Positions 56,183-64,000 of a stretch of 64,000 nucleotides of DNA are shown here, piece by piece. Made by a program: the position numbers and the translations under genes. Positions within the stretch are counted from its first letter, which is position 1. Each line of letters starts with the position of its first letter. Below the pieces are notes generated by a model. It did not search any database. It saw only the letters and a list, made by a program, of their open reading frames with translations, and had not been told where the DNA came from. Source of the DNA: Acholeplasmataceae bacterium (GTDB lineage Bacteria > Bacillota_I > Bacilli_A > Acholeplasmatales > Acholeplasmataceae); contig OY763415.1 of NCBI GenBank assembly GCA_963667565.1, positions 1,088,001-1,152,000 on the forward strand, read 5' to 3'.

Positions 56183-57468
56183 GGATTCATCTCCTTAAAT
56201 GATTTCAATTTAAGTAGCGCTCTTTCAGCATATAACGATTTTCTCATCTTTTTAGGGTGCTTCATACCCAATTCTGGTAAAATTCCAAAATTAGCATTCA
56301 TTGGAACAAATGATTGATTTGGTGTTGAAATATAAGATGCCATAGCTCCAATCATTGTTTGATCTGAAAATGGACACAATTCATTTCGCTGAATTAGTGA
56401 AGTTAATTGAATGGCTGCATTTAGACCTGATGCAGCACTTTCTACATATCCTTCAACACCACTGATTTGTCCAGCAATAAATAATTTAGGATAAATTTTA
56501 GATTGATAGCTATCATTTAGGATTTGAGGACTTTCTAAATATGTGTTTCTATGCATGACACCATATCTTAAAATGTTTGCATGTTCTAATCCTGGAATCA
56601 TTTGAATGACTCTTTTTTGTTCTGGCCAAGTCATATGTGTTTGAAAACCTACAATGTTGTACATTGTTTGTTTTGCATCATCTTGTCTTAATTGAACGAC
56701 GGCATAAGGTCTTTCTTTTCCTTCCACTTCTAGACCAACAGGTTTTAATGGTCCATAAAGAAGTGTTTCTTTACCTCTTGAAGCCATCACTTCAACTGGC
56801 ATACATCCTTCAAAGACATTATTTTCAAAGTTTTTAGGAATTACTTTATCTGAGCCAGTCAGTGCATCATAAAACTTGTCATATTCTTCTTTGTTCATTG
56901 GACAATTAATATATGCTGCTTCACCTTTATCATATCTACTTTTTAAATATGCAATATCCATATTGATAGAATCTTTTTCTATGATTGGAGCAACCGCATC
57001 AAAAAAATGAAGATGTTCTTGATGAAATAGATCTTGTAAGTGTGTTGCAAGCAAATCACTAGCAAGTGGACCTGCACACACCATAGTGTATGTATCTACA
57101 TCCACAGTTGTCACCTCATCATAGATGACTTCAATGTTAGGATGGTTTTTAATTTTATGTTCTATATAAGAAGAAAAAATTTCCCTGTCCACTGCAAGAC
57201 TTGATCCAGCAGGTACAGATGCGTGTTCTGCAGCTTCAATCACTAATGATCCAAGCATTCTCATTTCTTCTTTTAATAACCCAACTGCAACACTTAAATC
57301 ATTAGATCTTAGTGAATTAGAACATACAAGCTCAGCAAAACGACCACTCGTATGAGCAGGAGTCATTTTTTTAGGTCTCATTTCATATAGTTTTACTTTA
57401 ATACCATGGTTTGCTAGGAAATATGCTGCTTCTACACCAGCAAGTCCTGCACCAATTATTTTAATCAT
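56173..57468 (-). CDS. trmFO: Folate/FAD-dependent tRNA (uracil-54) methyltransferase
   Basis: GAGLAG, AELVCSNS, FEGCMP, GVMHRN and GVEGY motifs. Confidence 0.96.
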   Translation of the reverse strand: MIKIIGAGLAGVEAAYFLANHGIKVKLYEMRPKKMTPAHTSGRFAELVCSNSLRSNDLSVAVGLLKEEMRMLGSLVIEAAEHASVPAGSSLAVDREIFSSYIEHKIKNHPNIEVIYDEVTTVDVDTYTMVCAGPLASDLLATHLQDLFHQEHLHFFDAVAPIIEKDSINMDIAYLKSRYDKGEAAYINCPMNKEEYDKFYDALTGSDKVIPKNFENNVFEGCMPVEVMASRGKETLLYGPLKPVGLEVEGKERPYAVVQLRQDDAKQTMYNIVGFQTHMTWPEQKRVIQMIPGLEHANILRYGVMHRNTYLESPQILNDSYQSKIYPKLFIAGQISGVEGYVESAASGLNAAIQLTSLIQRNELCPFSDQTMIGAMASYISTPNQSFVPMNANFGILPELGMKHPKKMRKSLYAERALLKLKSFKEMNPWI

Positions 57469-57542
57469 ATAATCACCACTTCCATTATACATGAAAGACG
57501 CATTCAAACAAAAAAATAATACGCAATAAATTGCGTATTATT

Positions 57543-58064
57543 CTAAGTTTTAATGATTAAGTACTCGGGTATGATTACTTGTAATCTGTGGTAAAGATCT
57601 TTAGTAATATAGATGATGATAAAGGCATTAAACGGCAACAATGCTAATCTTAACCCTAAAGTGATTAAGGTTGTGTTTATACCAAAATAGATGTATAGTG
57701 CAAATGAATTTGCCAAACTAGCCACTAAATAACTCACAAAGACTGAAACACTTAATTTTGCAACACTATATTTGTTGCCTATGATGAGTCCTGGGATTAC
57801 ACCCCATGCAAGTGCAGCGATTGCAAATAAAGGTAAATAAGTATCACCTGTCATTAAAACACCAAGCGTATCACCAACGAGAGCCATCAAACCACCAAAA
57901 ACTGGACCTAAGATGATGCTGCCAATAATAAGTGGGATTGCATAAAATGGTAATCCGAAATTCGCAATATGCAAAATGTATTTAAAAAACGAATCGATGA
58001 CAACTGACATGGCAGTAAGTGAAACTGCGATTAAAACTTTAAACAATAAACTATTTTTTCTCAT
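57543..58064 (-). CDS. folT: Folate ECF transporter S component
   Basis: Small 5-6 TM S-component (GPVFGGL...D.LG) located downstream of a THF riboswitch. Confidence 0.82.
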   Translation of the reverse strand: MRKNSLLFKVLIAVSLTAMSVVIDSFFKYILHIANFGLPFYAIPLIIGSIILGPVFGGLMALVGDTLGVLMTGDTYLPLFAIAALAWGVIPGLIIGNKYSVAKLSVSVFVSYLVASLANSFALYIYFGINTTLITLGLRLALLPFNAFIIIYITKDLYHRLQVIIPEYLIIKT

Positions 58065-58105
58065 GAAAAAAGACCTCCTATATTTGAGGTCCACTATAAG
58101 TACTT

Positions 58106-58196
58106 ACAGCGGACGCGCAAGAAAACCGCCACTTAAAGTGTTCGTTCTAATCCGACATCCCATGATTAGACACTTAACGCTTTCTCACTACTCTGT
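58106..58196 (-). ncRNA. THF riboswitch
   Basis: ACAGAGUAG...GCGUUAAGUG...AUGGGAUGU...AACGAA...GCGG...CGCGUCCGCUGU, followed by a GACCUC/GAGGUC-U6 hairpin over the RBS. Confidence 0.9.
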
Positions 58197-58240
58197 AGTT
58201 TTCATTATATCTTTAAAGAATAAAAAAAGAAAGAGATAAA

Positions 58241-58888
58241 CTATAAAGTCCAATCAATTTCTTTCATACCTTGTTCTTTTAAATACTGATTTGTTTTTGA
58301 AAATGGTTTTGATCCGAAAAATCCATGATATGCAGATAATGGTGACGGATGAGCTGAAACGATGACTTTATGTTTGTTTAAATCAATGTATTTCATCAAA
58401 GATTTTGCTTTTGAACCCCATAAAATAAAGACAACCATTTCTTTTTTCTCATTCACTTTCTTAATTGCTTCAAGCGTGAATTGTTCCCATCCCTTTTTTT
58501 GATGAGATAACGGTTGATGTAATTCAACAGTTAAAACTGTGTTTAATAATAATACACCTTGTTTTGCCCATGATGATAAATCGCCTGTTTTTGGATATGA
58601 AATACCCAAATCTTCAACAAGTTCTTTATAAATGTTTTTTAGTGAAGGTGGGTATTTACCTTCTTTTACACTAAATGCTAAACCATGTGCTTGATGATAA
58701 TTATGATATGGATCTTGCCCTAATATGACAACTTTCACATTTTCATATGGTGTTAAGTCAAAACAAGATAGTCTATCTCCTTTAGGCGGTAAAATCACCT
58801 TATGTTCATCCTCTTTTTTAAGAAAATCAACTAATTCTAAAAAATAAGGTTGTTCCAATTGTGTTCTCACAAAATCATTCCAAGTCAT
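58241..58888 (-). CDS. ung: Uracil-DNA glycosylase
   Basis: GQDPYH, PPSL and HPSPLS motifs. Confidence 0.97.
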   Translation of the reverse strand: MTWNDFVRTQLEQPYFLELVDFLKKEDEHKVILPPKGDRLSCFDLTPYENVKVVILGQDPYHNYHQAHGLAFSVKEGKYPPSLKNIYKELVEDLGISYPKTGDLSSWAKQGVLLLNTVLTVELHQPLSHQKKGWEQFTLEAIKKVNEKKEMVVFILWGSKAKSLMKYIDLNKHKVIVSAHPSPLSAYHGFFGSKPFSKTNQYLKEQGMKEIDWTL

Positions 58889-59510
58889 GTTTTTCTTCCT
58901 GTTCCTCAGGTTTTTTTCTAAGGACTTTTATAAGTAATACAACAATGATAATATTGACAATGACTAGTGTTAAAAAAACTGGGTCTACATGTTGACTAAA
59001 GTAAAGCGGAATCGCACCAACAAAAGGAATTCTAAATGCATATTTTGCTATAATATCATCTTTAACAATTGCACCTGCAATATGATTTTCTGCATCTGCT
59101 AATGATTCATAAATCACATCTTCACTATTATTTGGATTATCACCTTTAGTGATGTAGTGAAAAACACCATCAACTTCTTCAATTCGTATCACTCTATGGA
59201 CTACTTGTGCAAGTGCGTAAGTATCACTGATGCCATCACCGTTTGAATCAGCAGGTAAATAATTTTCAAATATAATAATGTCACCAACTTCAACTTTATC
59301 AGGATTAACTTTAACTTCAACAATTAAATCATTGGGTTCAATCGTAGGAATCATTGAATCTGTTGGTACTGAAGAAATTTGGAATCTAAATACATCAATC
59401 ACTTTATCTGGTGAAATGACACTTAACCCAATATATAAAATTAAAAAGACCGTTATCCCATAAAACAATATATTCATTAAAGTGTTTTTCAATGATTTAT
59501 GCTGCTTCAT
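58875..59510 (-). CDS. sipW: Signal peptidase I, SipW/S26B (ER-type), catalytic motifs intact
   Basis: TDSMIP (Ser), VVHRV (His) and TKGDN...D; two TM anchors. Confidence 0.85.
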   Translation of the reverse strand: MKQHKSLKNTLMNILFYGITVFLILYIGLSVISPDKVIDVFRFQISSVPTDSMIPTIEPNDLIVEVKVNPDKVEVGDIIIFENYLPADSNGDGISDTYALAQVVHRVIRIEEVDGVFHYITKGDNPNNSEDVIYESLADAENHIAGAIVKDDIIAKYAFRIPFVGAIPLYFSQHVDPVFLTLVIVNIIIVVLLIKVLRKKPEEQEEKHDLE

Positions 59511-60126
59511 TTTGATCACGATCCTTTGTGTTATGAGTTTTAGTTTGATGAAATATCATGTAATATGCAATACCTAGAATAACAATATATACTGTCATCG
59601 TTCCAAAATAGCCTCTTGGAGTACTTACTGCATATGTAAATAATTGAAATACATTCGCATCTTTAACATATGTACCTAATAAATCATCTGTTTGATAAAT
59701 TTCTAGAGTTTGACCAGAATAGGATGCTTCAAAAGTATGATTATCACTGTCAATAGAAACAACTTCTTTCTCAATAAAGACATCACTTGTTTCTGCATAA
59801 ACAACAACAATATCACCAAGTTTTAAGTCATCAAAACTATATTTTTTAACTTGTACAATATTTATTGATAATTCTGGTGGCGTTTGCCCAAATTTAGCAA
59901 CTGCCACTGGTTGACTACCTATGATTTCTATCAAATCATTTGTAGATAAAAATAATGGTAGTGCTAAATAAATTAAATGCAATGCACTCAATCCTACGAT
60001 AATCCAATAAAATGTTTTTCCTAATTTCGATTGTTGCTTTTGCTTATCTGGATTTTCTTGATTGATTGGTTCACGTGAATGTTCAATCATTTTCAATATT
60101 TCATTTGTAGATAAGAAATCATTCAA
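59497..60126 (-). CDS. Degenerate SipW-like membrane protein
   Basis: Retains LKLGDIVV, LLGTY and the two-TM topology; lacks the Ser/His/GDN motifs. Confidence 0.6.
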   Translation of the reverse strand: MNDFLSTNEILKMIEHSREPINQENPDKQKQQSKLGKTFYWIIVGLSALHLIYLALPLFLSTNDLIEIIGSQPVAVAKFGQTPPELSINIVQVKKYSFDDLKLGDIVVVYAETSDVFIEKEVVSIDSDNHTFEASYSGQTLEIYQTDDLLGTYVKDANVFQLFTYAVSTPRGYFGTMTVYIVILGIAYYMIFHQTKTHNTKDRDQNEAA

Positions 60127-60152
60127 TATTTAACACATCCCCAAAATAAATC

Positions 60153-60731
60153 TTATGCTTCTATTTTTTCTTCTTCTTTTTGATTTTTTGTTTTTTTATT
60201 ACTGTCTTTGATAAGTAGGACAATCGCTACAATAACACCAACATTAACAACGATTGCAGCAATTCCAAAAGGACTTGCGACAAACTCTATTAATCGACCT
60301 AATCCCACGATTCTAAAACTATAGCCACCAATTATTTGGTCATCTAAAAGTAATACATTTGCAGGGATATTAGATCCTTCGGCATTGACTCTAAATGTAT
60401 TGACACCGTTGACATCATCGATACTATAAATATAATATGTAACCATTTCATCTGTGCCATTATAATCAATATCAGCATAGAAAGTGATTAGGTCCCCAAC
60501 CTCTAAATTATCTGGATTCACTTTATTGATGAAAACCAAATCATATGGTTTAATGGTTGGCTCCATTGTATCGTATTTAGCGATATAAGCTCTTACTCCA
60601 AAACCATTTAAAGAAAGATTAGGTAATGCACTAAGCATAATGATAAAAACTACCAATAAGCCTAGTAGCCCAAATAAAATATAAAATAACGTTTCTTTTA
60701 TCGAAATTGCTTTTTTATTCAATAATGACAC
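60153..60731 (-). CDS. SipW-like protein with substituted catalytic residues
   Basis: YDTMEPTI (S to T), LEVGDLITF, VTYYI (H to Y), VNAEG in place of TKGDN. Confidence 0.75.
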   Translation of the reverse strand: MSLLNKKAISIKETLFYILFGLLGLLVVFIIMLSALPNLSLNGFGVRAYIAKYDTMEPTIKPYDLVFINKVNPDNLEVGDLITFYADIDYNGTDEMVTYYIYSIDDVNGVNTFRVNAEGSNIPANVLLLDDQIIGGYSFRIVGLGRLIEFVASPFGIAAIVVNVGVIVAIVLLIKDSNKKTKNQKEEEKIEA

Positions 60732-60801
60732 CCCTTTGCACTCTAAGAAATTAAACCTAATGTCATTATATCATAATTTTTTAATGAGCAACAATACAAA
60801 A

Positions 60802-62103
60802 TTATGAGTTTATAGCCCAATAAGTGGATGAACTTGGTATTCCAGGTTCATTATTTGTAGTTATTGTTAAAGCTTTATAGACAACATCGTTATAATAAAC
60901 TATATCATTTGCTTGATAAGTGTTATACCAATAATAATCATAACCATTTAATAAATTCCAGCTATTTGCTATTACACCTGGTGCTGAAGTATTTGCATTT
61001 GTTTGATTGATCACTTGATAAACTAATCCATTATAAATTGCATAATCACCATTTGCGTATGTTGAATATGCATCATAAAGCATTGAATTCATTAAATTCC
61101 AACTGTTTGCAGCTGTCCCTGGTAATAAAGTCGAATTTGCACTGTTTGCAAGTTCATAAACATTTGCATTATACATCACTAGAGTACCATTTGTATAAGT
61201 ATTATACTGTTGATACTGTTGTGTATTAAGTGCTGTCCAAACACCATAAGATCCTGAACTACCTGGTTGATTATTTCTTAAAGCTGAAAGTGTTGTTGTT
61301 AATGCTTTGTATAAATAGCCATTATATAAAACATATTGTGTGCCATTTTTAACTTTATTTGTCCAAGTGGGTGTATTAAGTAACGTCCATGCTGAATTTG
61401 TTCCTGGAACAGAACCTGAAGCCCATCCACCATTATTTGTCAAATAATACTTATTATTATAAAATGTAATATCTCCATTAGCATAAACATAACTACTTGA
61501 ATAAGTTAAATCACCAAGAAGTGCCCAATCGCTTTGTGAGCCTGGTTGTGATGTTGTATAATAACCTTTATAAATCCATAATTGACCATTGTGATAAACA
61601 ATATCATTTAATGAACTAGCTTGACCAGTCACCCAAGCAACATTATTTTGCATCATTGATGACCAAGCACCATTAACACTTTGTTCACTAGGTTCTAAAT
61701 TGTTATTTTCCCATTGTGCAACATAAACAATACCGTTATGATATACAGTATCTCCAGCTCTATATGTCACAGTATCATACCAATTTAGGTCATTTAATGT
61801 TGTCCAATTACTTGCATTTGAAGGTTCTGTATTTGTTGTATAAGAACCATGGTATTGATAAATTGAGTTATTGTACCATACGATATCATCTGTTTGATAA
61901 GCAGTGCTTAAATCAAAAGCATCAATACCATCTGGTGAAGCGTTCATATTCCAAGTTCCAACGCCAACACTTGGGTTAGCATTAGACATTGAACCTGAAA
62001 TATTGCCTGCCCAATAACCATAAGTTAAAGAAGTTGAAACAAGCACAGTAAATGTTGCTAATAAAACTAAGATTAATATGTATTTTATATTTTTTCTATA
62101 CAT
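60802..62103 (-). CDS. Secreted adhesin with a SipW-type signal peptide and 8 CBM5/12-like (chitin-binding-type) repeats
   Basis: TYG/YWAG cleavage-like site; repeats of pattern Y..GD.V.YNG..Y......PG....W. Confidence 0.8.
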   Translation of the reverse strand: MYRKNIKYILILVLLATFTVLVSTSLTYGYWAGNISGSMSNANPSVGVGTWNMNASPDGIDAFDLSTAYQTDDIVWYNNSIYQYHGSYTTNTEPSNASNWTTLNDLNWYDTVTYRAGDTVYHNGIVYVAQWENNNLEPSEQSVNGAWSSMMQNNVAWVTGQASSLNDIVYHNGQLWIYKGYYTTSQPGSQSDWALLGDLTYSSSYVYANGDITFYNNKYYLTNNGGWASGSVPGTNSAWTLLNTPTWTNKVKNGTQYVLYNGYLYKALTTTLSALRNNQPGSSGSYGVWTALNTQQYQQYNTYTNGTLVMYNANVYELANSANSTLLPGTAANSWNLMNSMLYDAYSTYANGDYAIYNGLVYQVINQTNANTSAPGVIANSWNLLNGYDYYWYNTYQANDIVYYNDVVYKALTITTNNEPGIPSSSTYWAINS

Positions 62104-62126
62104 AGCCTTCAACTCCTTTTTAGACT

Positions 62127-62150
62127 AAAAGCGACTCATAGTCGCTTTTT
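62127..62150. terminator. Intra-operon hairpin AAAAGCGAC-TCATA-GTCGCTTTT
   Basis: Lies between the pilin-like genes and the adhesin gene. Confidence 0.65.
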
Positions 62151-62181
62151 AATATATGTTGTCGATTATTTTAATTAAGTA

Positions 62182-62717
62182 TTAAGCAAATGATGCAGCG
62201 AATGTAACATCAAATGTAATTGTTTGCACCTGCAACTGCAGCATATTCTGTAGCATTTGCTGGTTCGTCTAATGTAACTGTAATAGTAACTGTAACAGAT
62301 GATCCATTAACTGTAACTGCTGTAGCTCCGCCAACAACGATGTTAACTGAGTCTGCATAAGTAGCTGATCCACCAATTAAAACATTATCATATGTAACGT
62401 CTAATGTTGCTGAAGTTCCATCATAAGAACCATTATCAGCATCTGCTAAAGTCAACTGTATAAGTAATCACGTATGATTCTACTGCATTTGCTTCATTGC
62501 TATCTGCAGCACGTCCACTTGGAACTAATACACCTGAAGTTGCTGATGAACCTAATGAAACTGAAGTTGTAACATCTTTACCAGTACCAATTGTAATTGA
62601 TTCATTTGCTACATCTGAATCACCGCTAATACTACCTGCCCAATAAGCAAATGTCAATGTTGACATTGCAACTGCTAACATAACTAATAAACCTACGACT
62701 AATTTTCTACTTTTCAT
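62182..62717 (-). pseudogene. TasA/CalY-like SipW substrate with two +1 frameshifts (or sequencing errors)
   Basis: Signal MKSRKLVVGLLVMLAVAMSTLTFA/YWAG. Removing one base near 62449 and one near 62224 gives a 177-aa ORF ending AVAGATITFDVTFAASFA*, parallel to the paralogue's AIHGQTISFDLVF. Confidence 0.75.
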
Positions 62718-62782
62718 TTTTAAAATCTCCTTTTTAGATACTTATCTTTTTTAATTTTCTTTGTTTTTTTGTTTTTTATTTT

Positions 62783-63361
62783 TTAAACTTCTTTCGGTTG
62801 AACACTGAATACGAGATCAAACGATATTGTTTGACCATGAATAGCTTGATATGCAGCAACCGAATCATCTACATTGACTAAGCTTTCATCTAAACCCTTC
62901 ATATTAGCTTCTTCTGAATCTATAGGTTCTAATATTGTAACGACGACTGTTACTAACACTTTTGAATTAAACAAGTCGTTTGTACTTACGTTTTGTACAC
63001 CATTAATTGTTACATTTACTAGATTGCCATAAGTTTCTGAATCACCAATCATTACATTCGTAGCTTGCACTACTAAGTTCACTTCTTTAACGAGTGTCTT
63101 ATCAACACTCACTTCATAAGTGATTGTTACTTCCTCAACTTCACCTTCAAACCAAGCATAATTCATTGGTACTAACATACCAGAGAACTGATCACTTGTT
63201 TCATTAATCACTAAGCTTGCATTTTCTTCTGTAAAATCAATTTTCACGTTAGATGAAAGTTCTGTACTAGTCCAGTAAGCAAATGCAGCAGTTGAAGTAA
63301 ATCCAAGTGTAATCGCTAAAAGCAATATGATTATAAGTTGAAGTCCTTTTCTTTTAGACAC
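62783..63361 (-). CDS. TasA/CalY-like SipW-substrate protein
   Basis: Signal ...TSTAAFA/YWTS; beta-rich; shares G.LVP and V.VT..EP blocks with 62182-62717. Confidence 0.75.
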   Translation of the reverse strand: MSKRKGLQLIIILLLAITLGFTSTAAFAYWTSTELSSNVKIDFTEENASLVINETSDQFSGMLVPMNYAWFEGEVEEVTITYEVSVDKTLVKEVNLVVQATNVMIGDSETYGNLVNVTINGVQNVSTNDLFNSKVLVTVVVTILEPIDSEEANMKGLDESLVNVDDSVAAYQAIHGQTISFDLVFSVQPKEV

Positions 63362-63379
63362 TGCATCGCCTCCCTTGTA

Positions 63380-63417
63380 TAAAAAGAAAAGTCAACATAC
63401 TTTTGTACGTTGACTTT
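63380..63417 (-). terminator. Riboswitch expression-platform terminator
   Basis: AAAGTCAACGTAC-AAAA-GTATGTTGACTTT-TCTTTTT, upstream of the first CDS. Confidence 0.8.
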
Positions 63418-63480
63418 AAATATCATTTTAATACCTGACAAGTCACCGCACTTTGTTTCCAATAAATGGAAACTCATTCA

Positions 63481-63552
63481 TGGCAACTGGCTACCTTGTC
63501 TAGGCCCTGTAGTTTTGCGTCACTAAATTCCTTTAGTTTTGCTTTTTACATA
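63481..63552 (-). ncRNA. c-di-GMP-I (GEMM-I) family riboswitch aptamer, A20 variant
   Basis: AAAAAGCAAAACUAAA-GGAA-UUUAGUGACGCAAAACUACAGGGCCUAGACAAGGUAGCCAGUUGCCA. Confidence 0.88.
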
Positions 63553-63597
63553 TGTTTCTTTATTTAATTCGCAAAACTTCTAGGTCTTGCATTTTCA

Positions 63598-63626
63598 ATT
63601 ATATATATAAATGCAAACAATGTCAA
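63598..63626 (-). promoter_or_regulatory. Consensus sigma-A promoter of the riboswitch/fibre operon
   Basis: TTGACA-17 nt-TATAAT. Confidence 0.85.
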
Positions 63627-63711
63627 GAAAAAAGATTAAAAAATTTTAATTTTCGTTACATTTTAACATTTTTTACCAAAATTCGGAGATTTCTTTCTAT
63701 ATATATAACAA

Positions 63712-64000
63712 TTATTTGATTAAGCTTGCTAATTTTGTAACAGTTCTGATTAATTGGCTAGTATAACTCATTTCATTGTCATACCATGACATAACCTTAA
63801 CGAAGCATTTTCCATCAACGTTCATAACTTGTGTACAGTTAGCATCTAATAATGAACCATAACTTGAACCAATAACATCGCTTGATACAATTGGATCTGT
63901 TACATAAGCCATAGTTTCGTTAGCAGCAGCTTTGAATGCAGCATTGATTTCATCTTTAGTTGCAGGATTTTTGATTTCTACTGTTAAGTCTACGATTGAA
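63712..64000 (-). CDS. gap: Glyceraldehyde-3-phosphate dehydrogenase, 3' part (5' end beyond the window)
   Basis: SIVDLTVE...PIVSSD...SWYDNEMSY. Confidence 0.93.
   Translation of the reverse strand, partial: SIVDLTVEIKNPATKDEINAAFKAAANETMAYVTDPIVSSDVIGSSYGSLLDANCTQVMNVDGKCFVKVMSWYDNEMSYTSQLIRTVTKLASLIK

Overview
AT-rich chromosomal window from a wall-less Mollicute, most likely Acholeplasmataceae-like. This call rests on my reading of the 16S sequence, the short 5S rRNA, TGA used as a stop codon, and a ClpB lacking its N-domain. Most genes lie on the minus strand. Housekeeping content: clpB with tandem CIRCE elements, flotillin/NfeD, peptidases, pyk, degV, a polar amino-acid ABC transporter, udk-mtnN-DJ-1, a P1B-4 ATPase, one rRNA operon, six tRNAs, the rpsB-tsf-pyrH-frr-uppS-cdsA-dxr-rseP cluster, THF riboswitch-folT-trmFO-xerC-dut, ung and the 3' end of gap. 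Notable accessory content: (1) a cyclic-dinucleotide (GEMM-I, A20 variant) riboswitch-controlled operon encoding two TasA/CalY-like SipW substrates, an 8-repeat CBM5/12-like adhesin, one intact SipW and two catalytically dead SipW paralogues, i.e. a candidate fibre/pilus system in a wall-less cell; (2) a complete 13-gene Mbx/MBS-type Mrp-coupled oxidoreductase with an MbxN-GltD fusion; (3) an unrecognised triple-hairpin attenuator-like leader upstream of the amino-acid ABC operon; (4) decaying tandem islets at tRNA-Cys (Rhs, immunity-like and RRNPP-regulator genes) and at tRNA-Gly. All calls were made by eye, without database searches.
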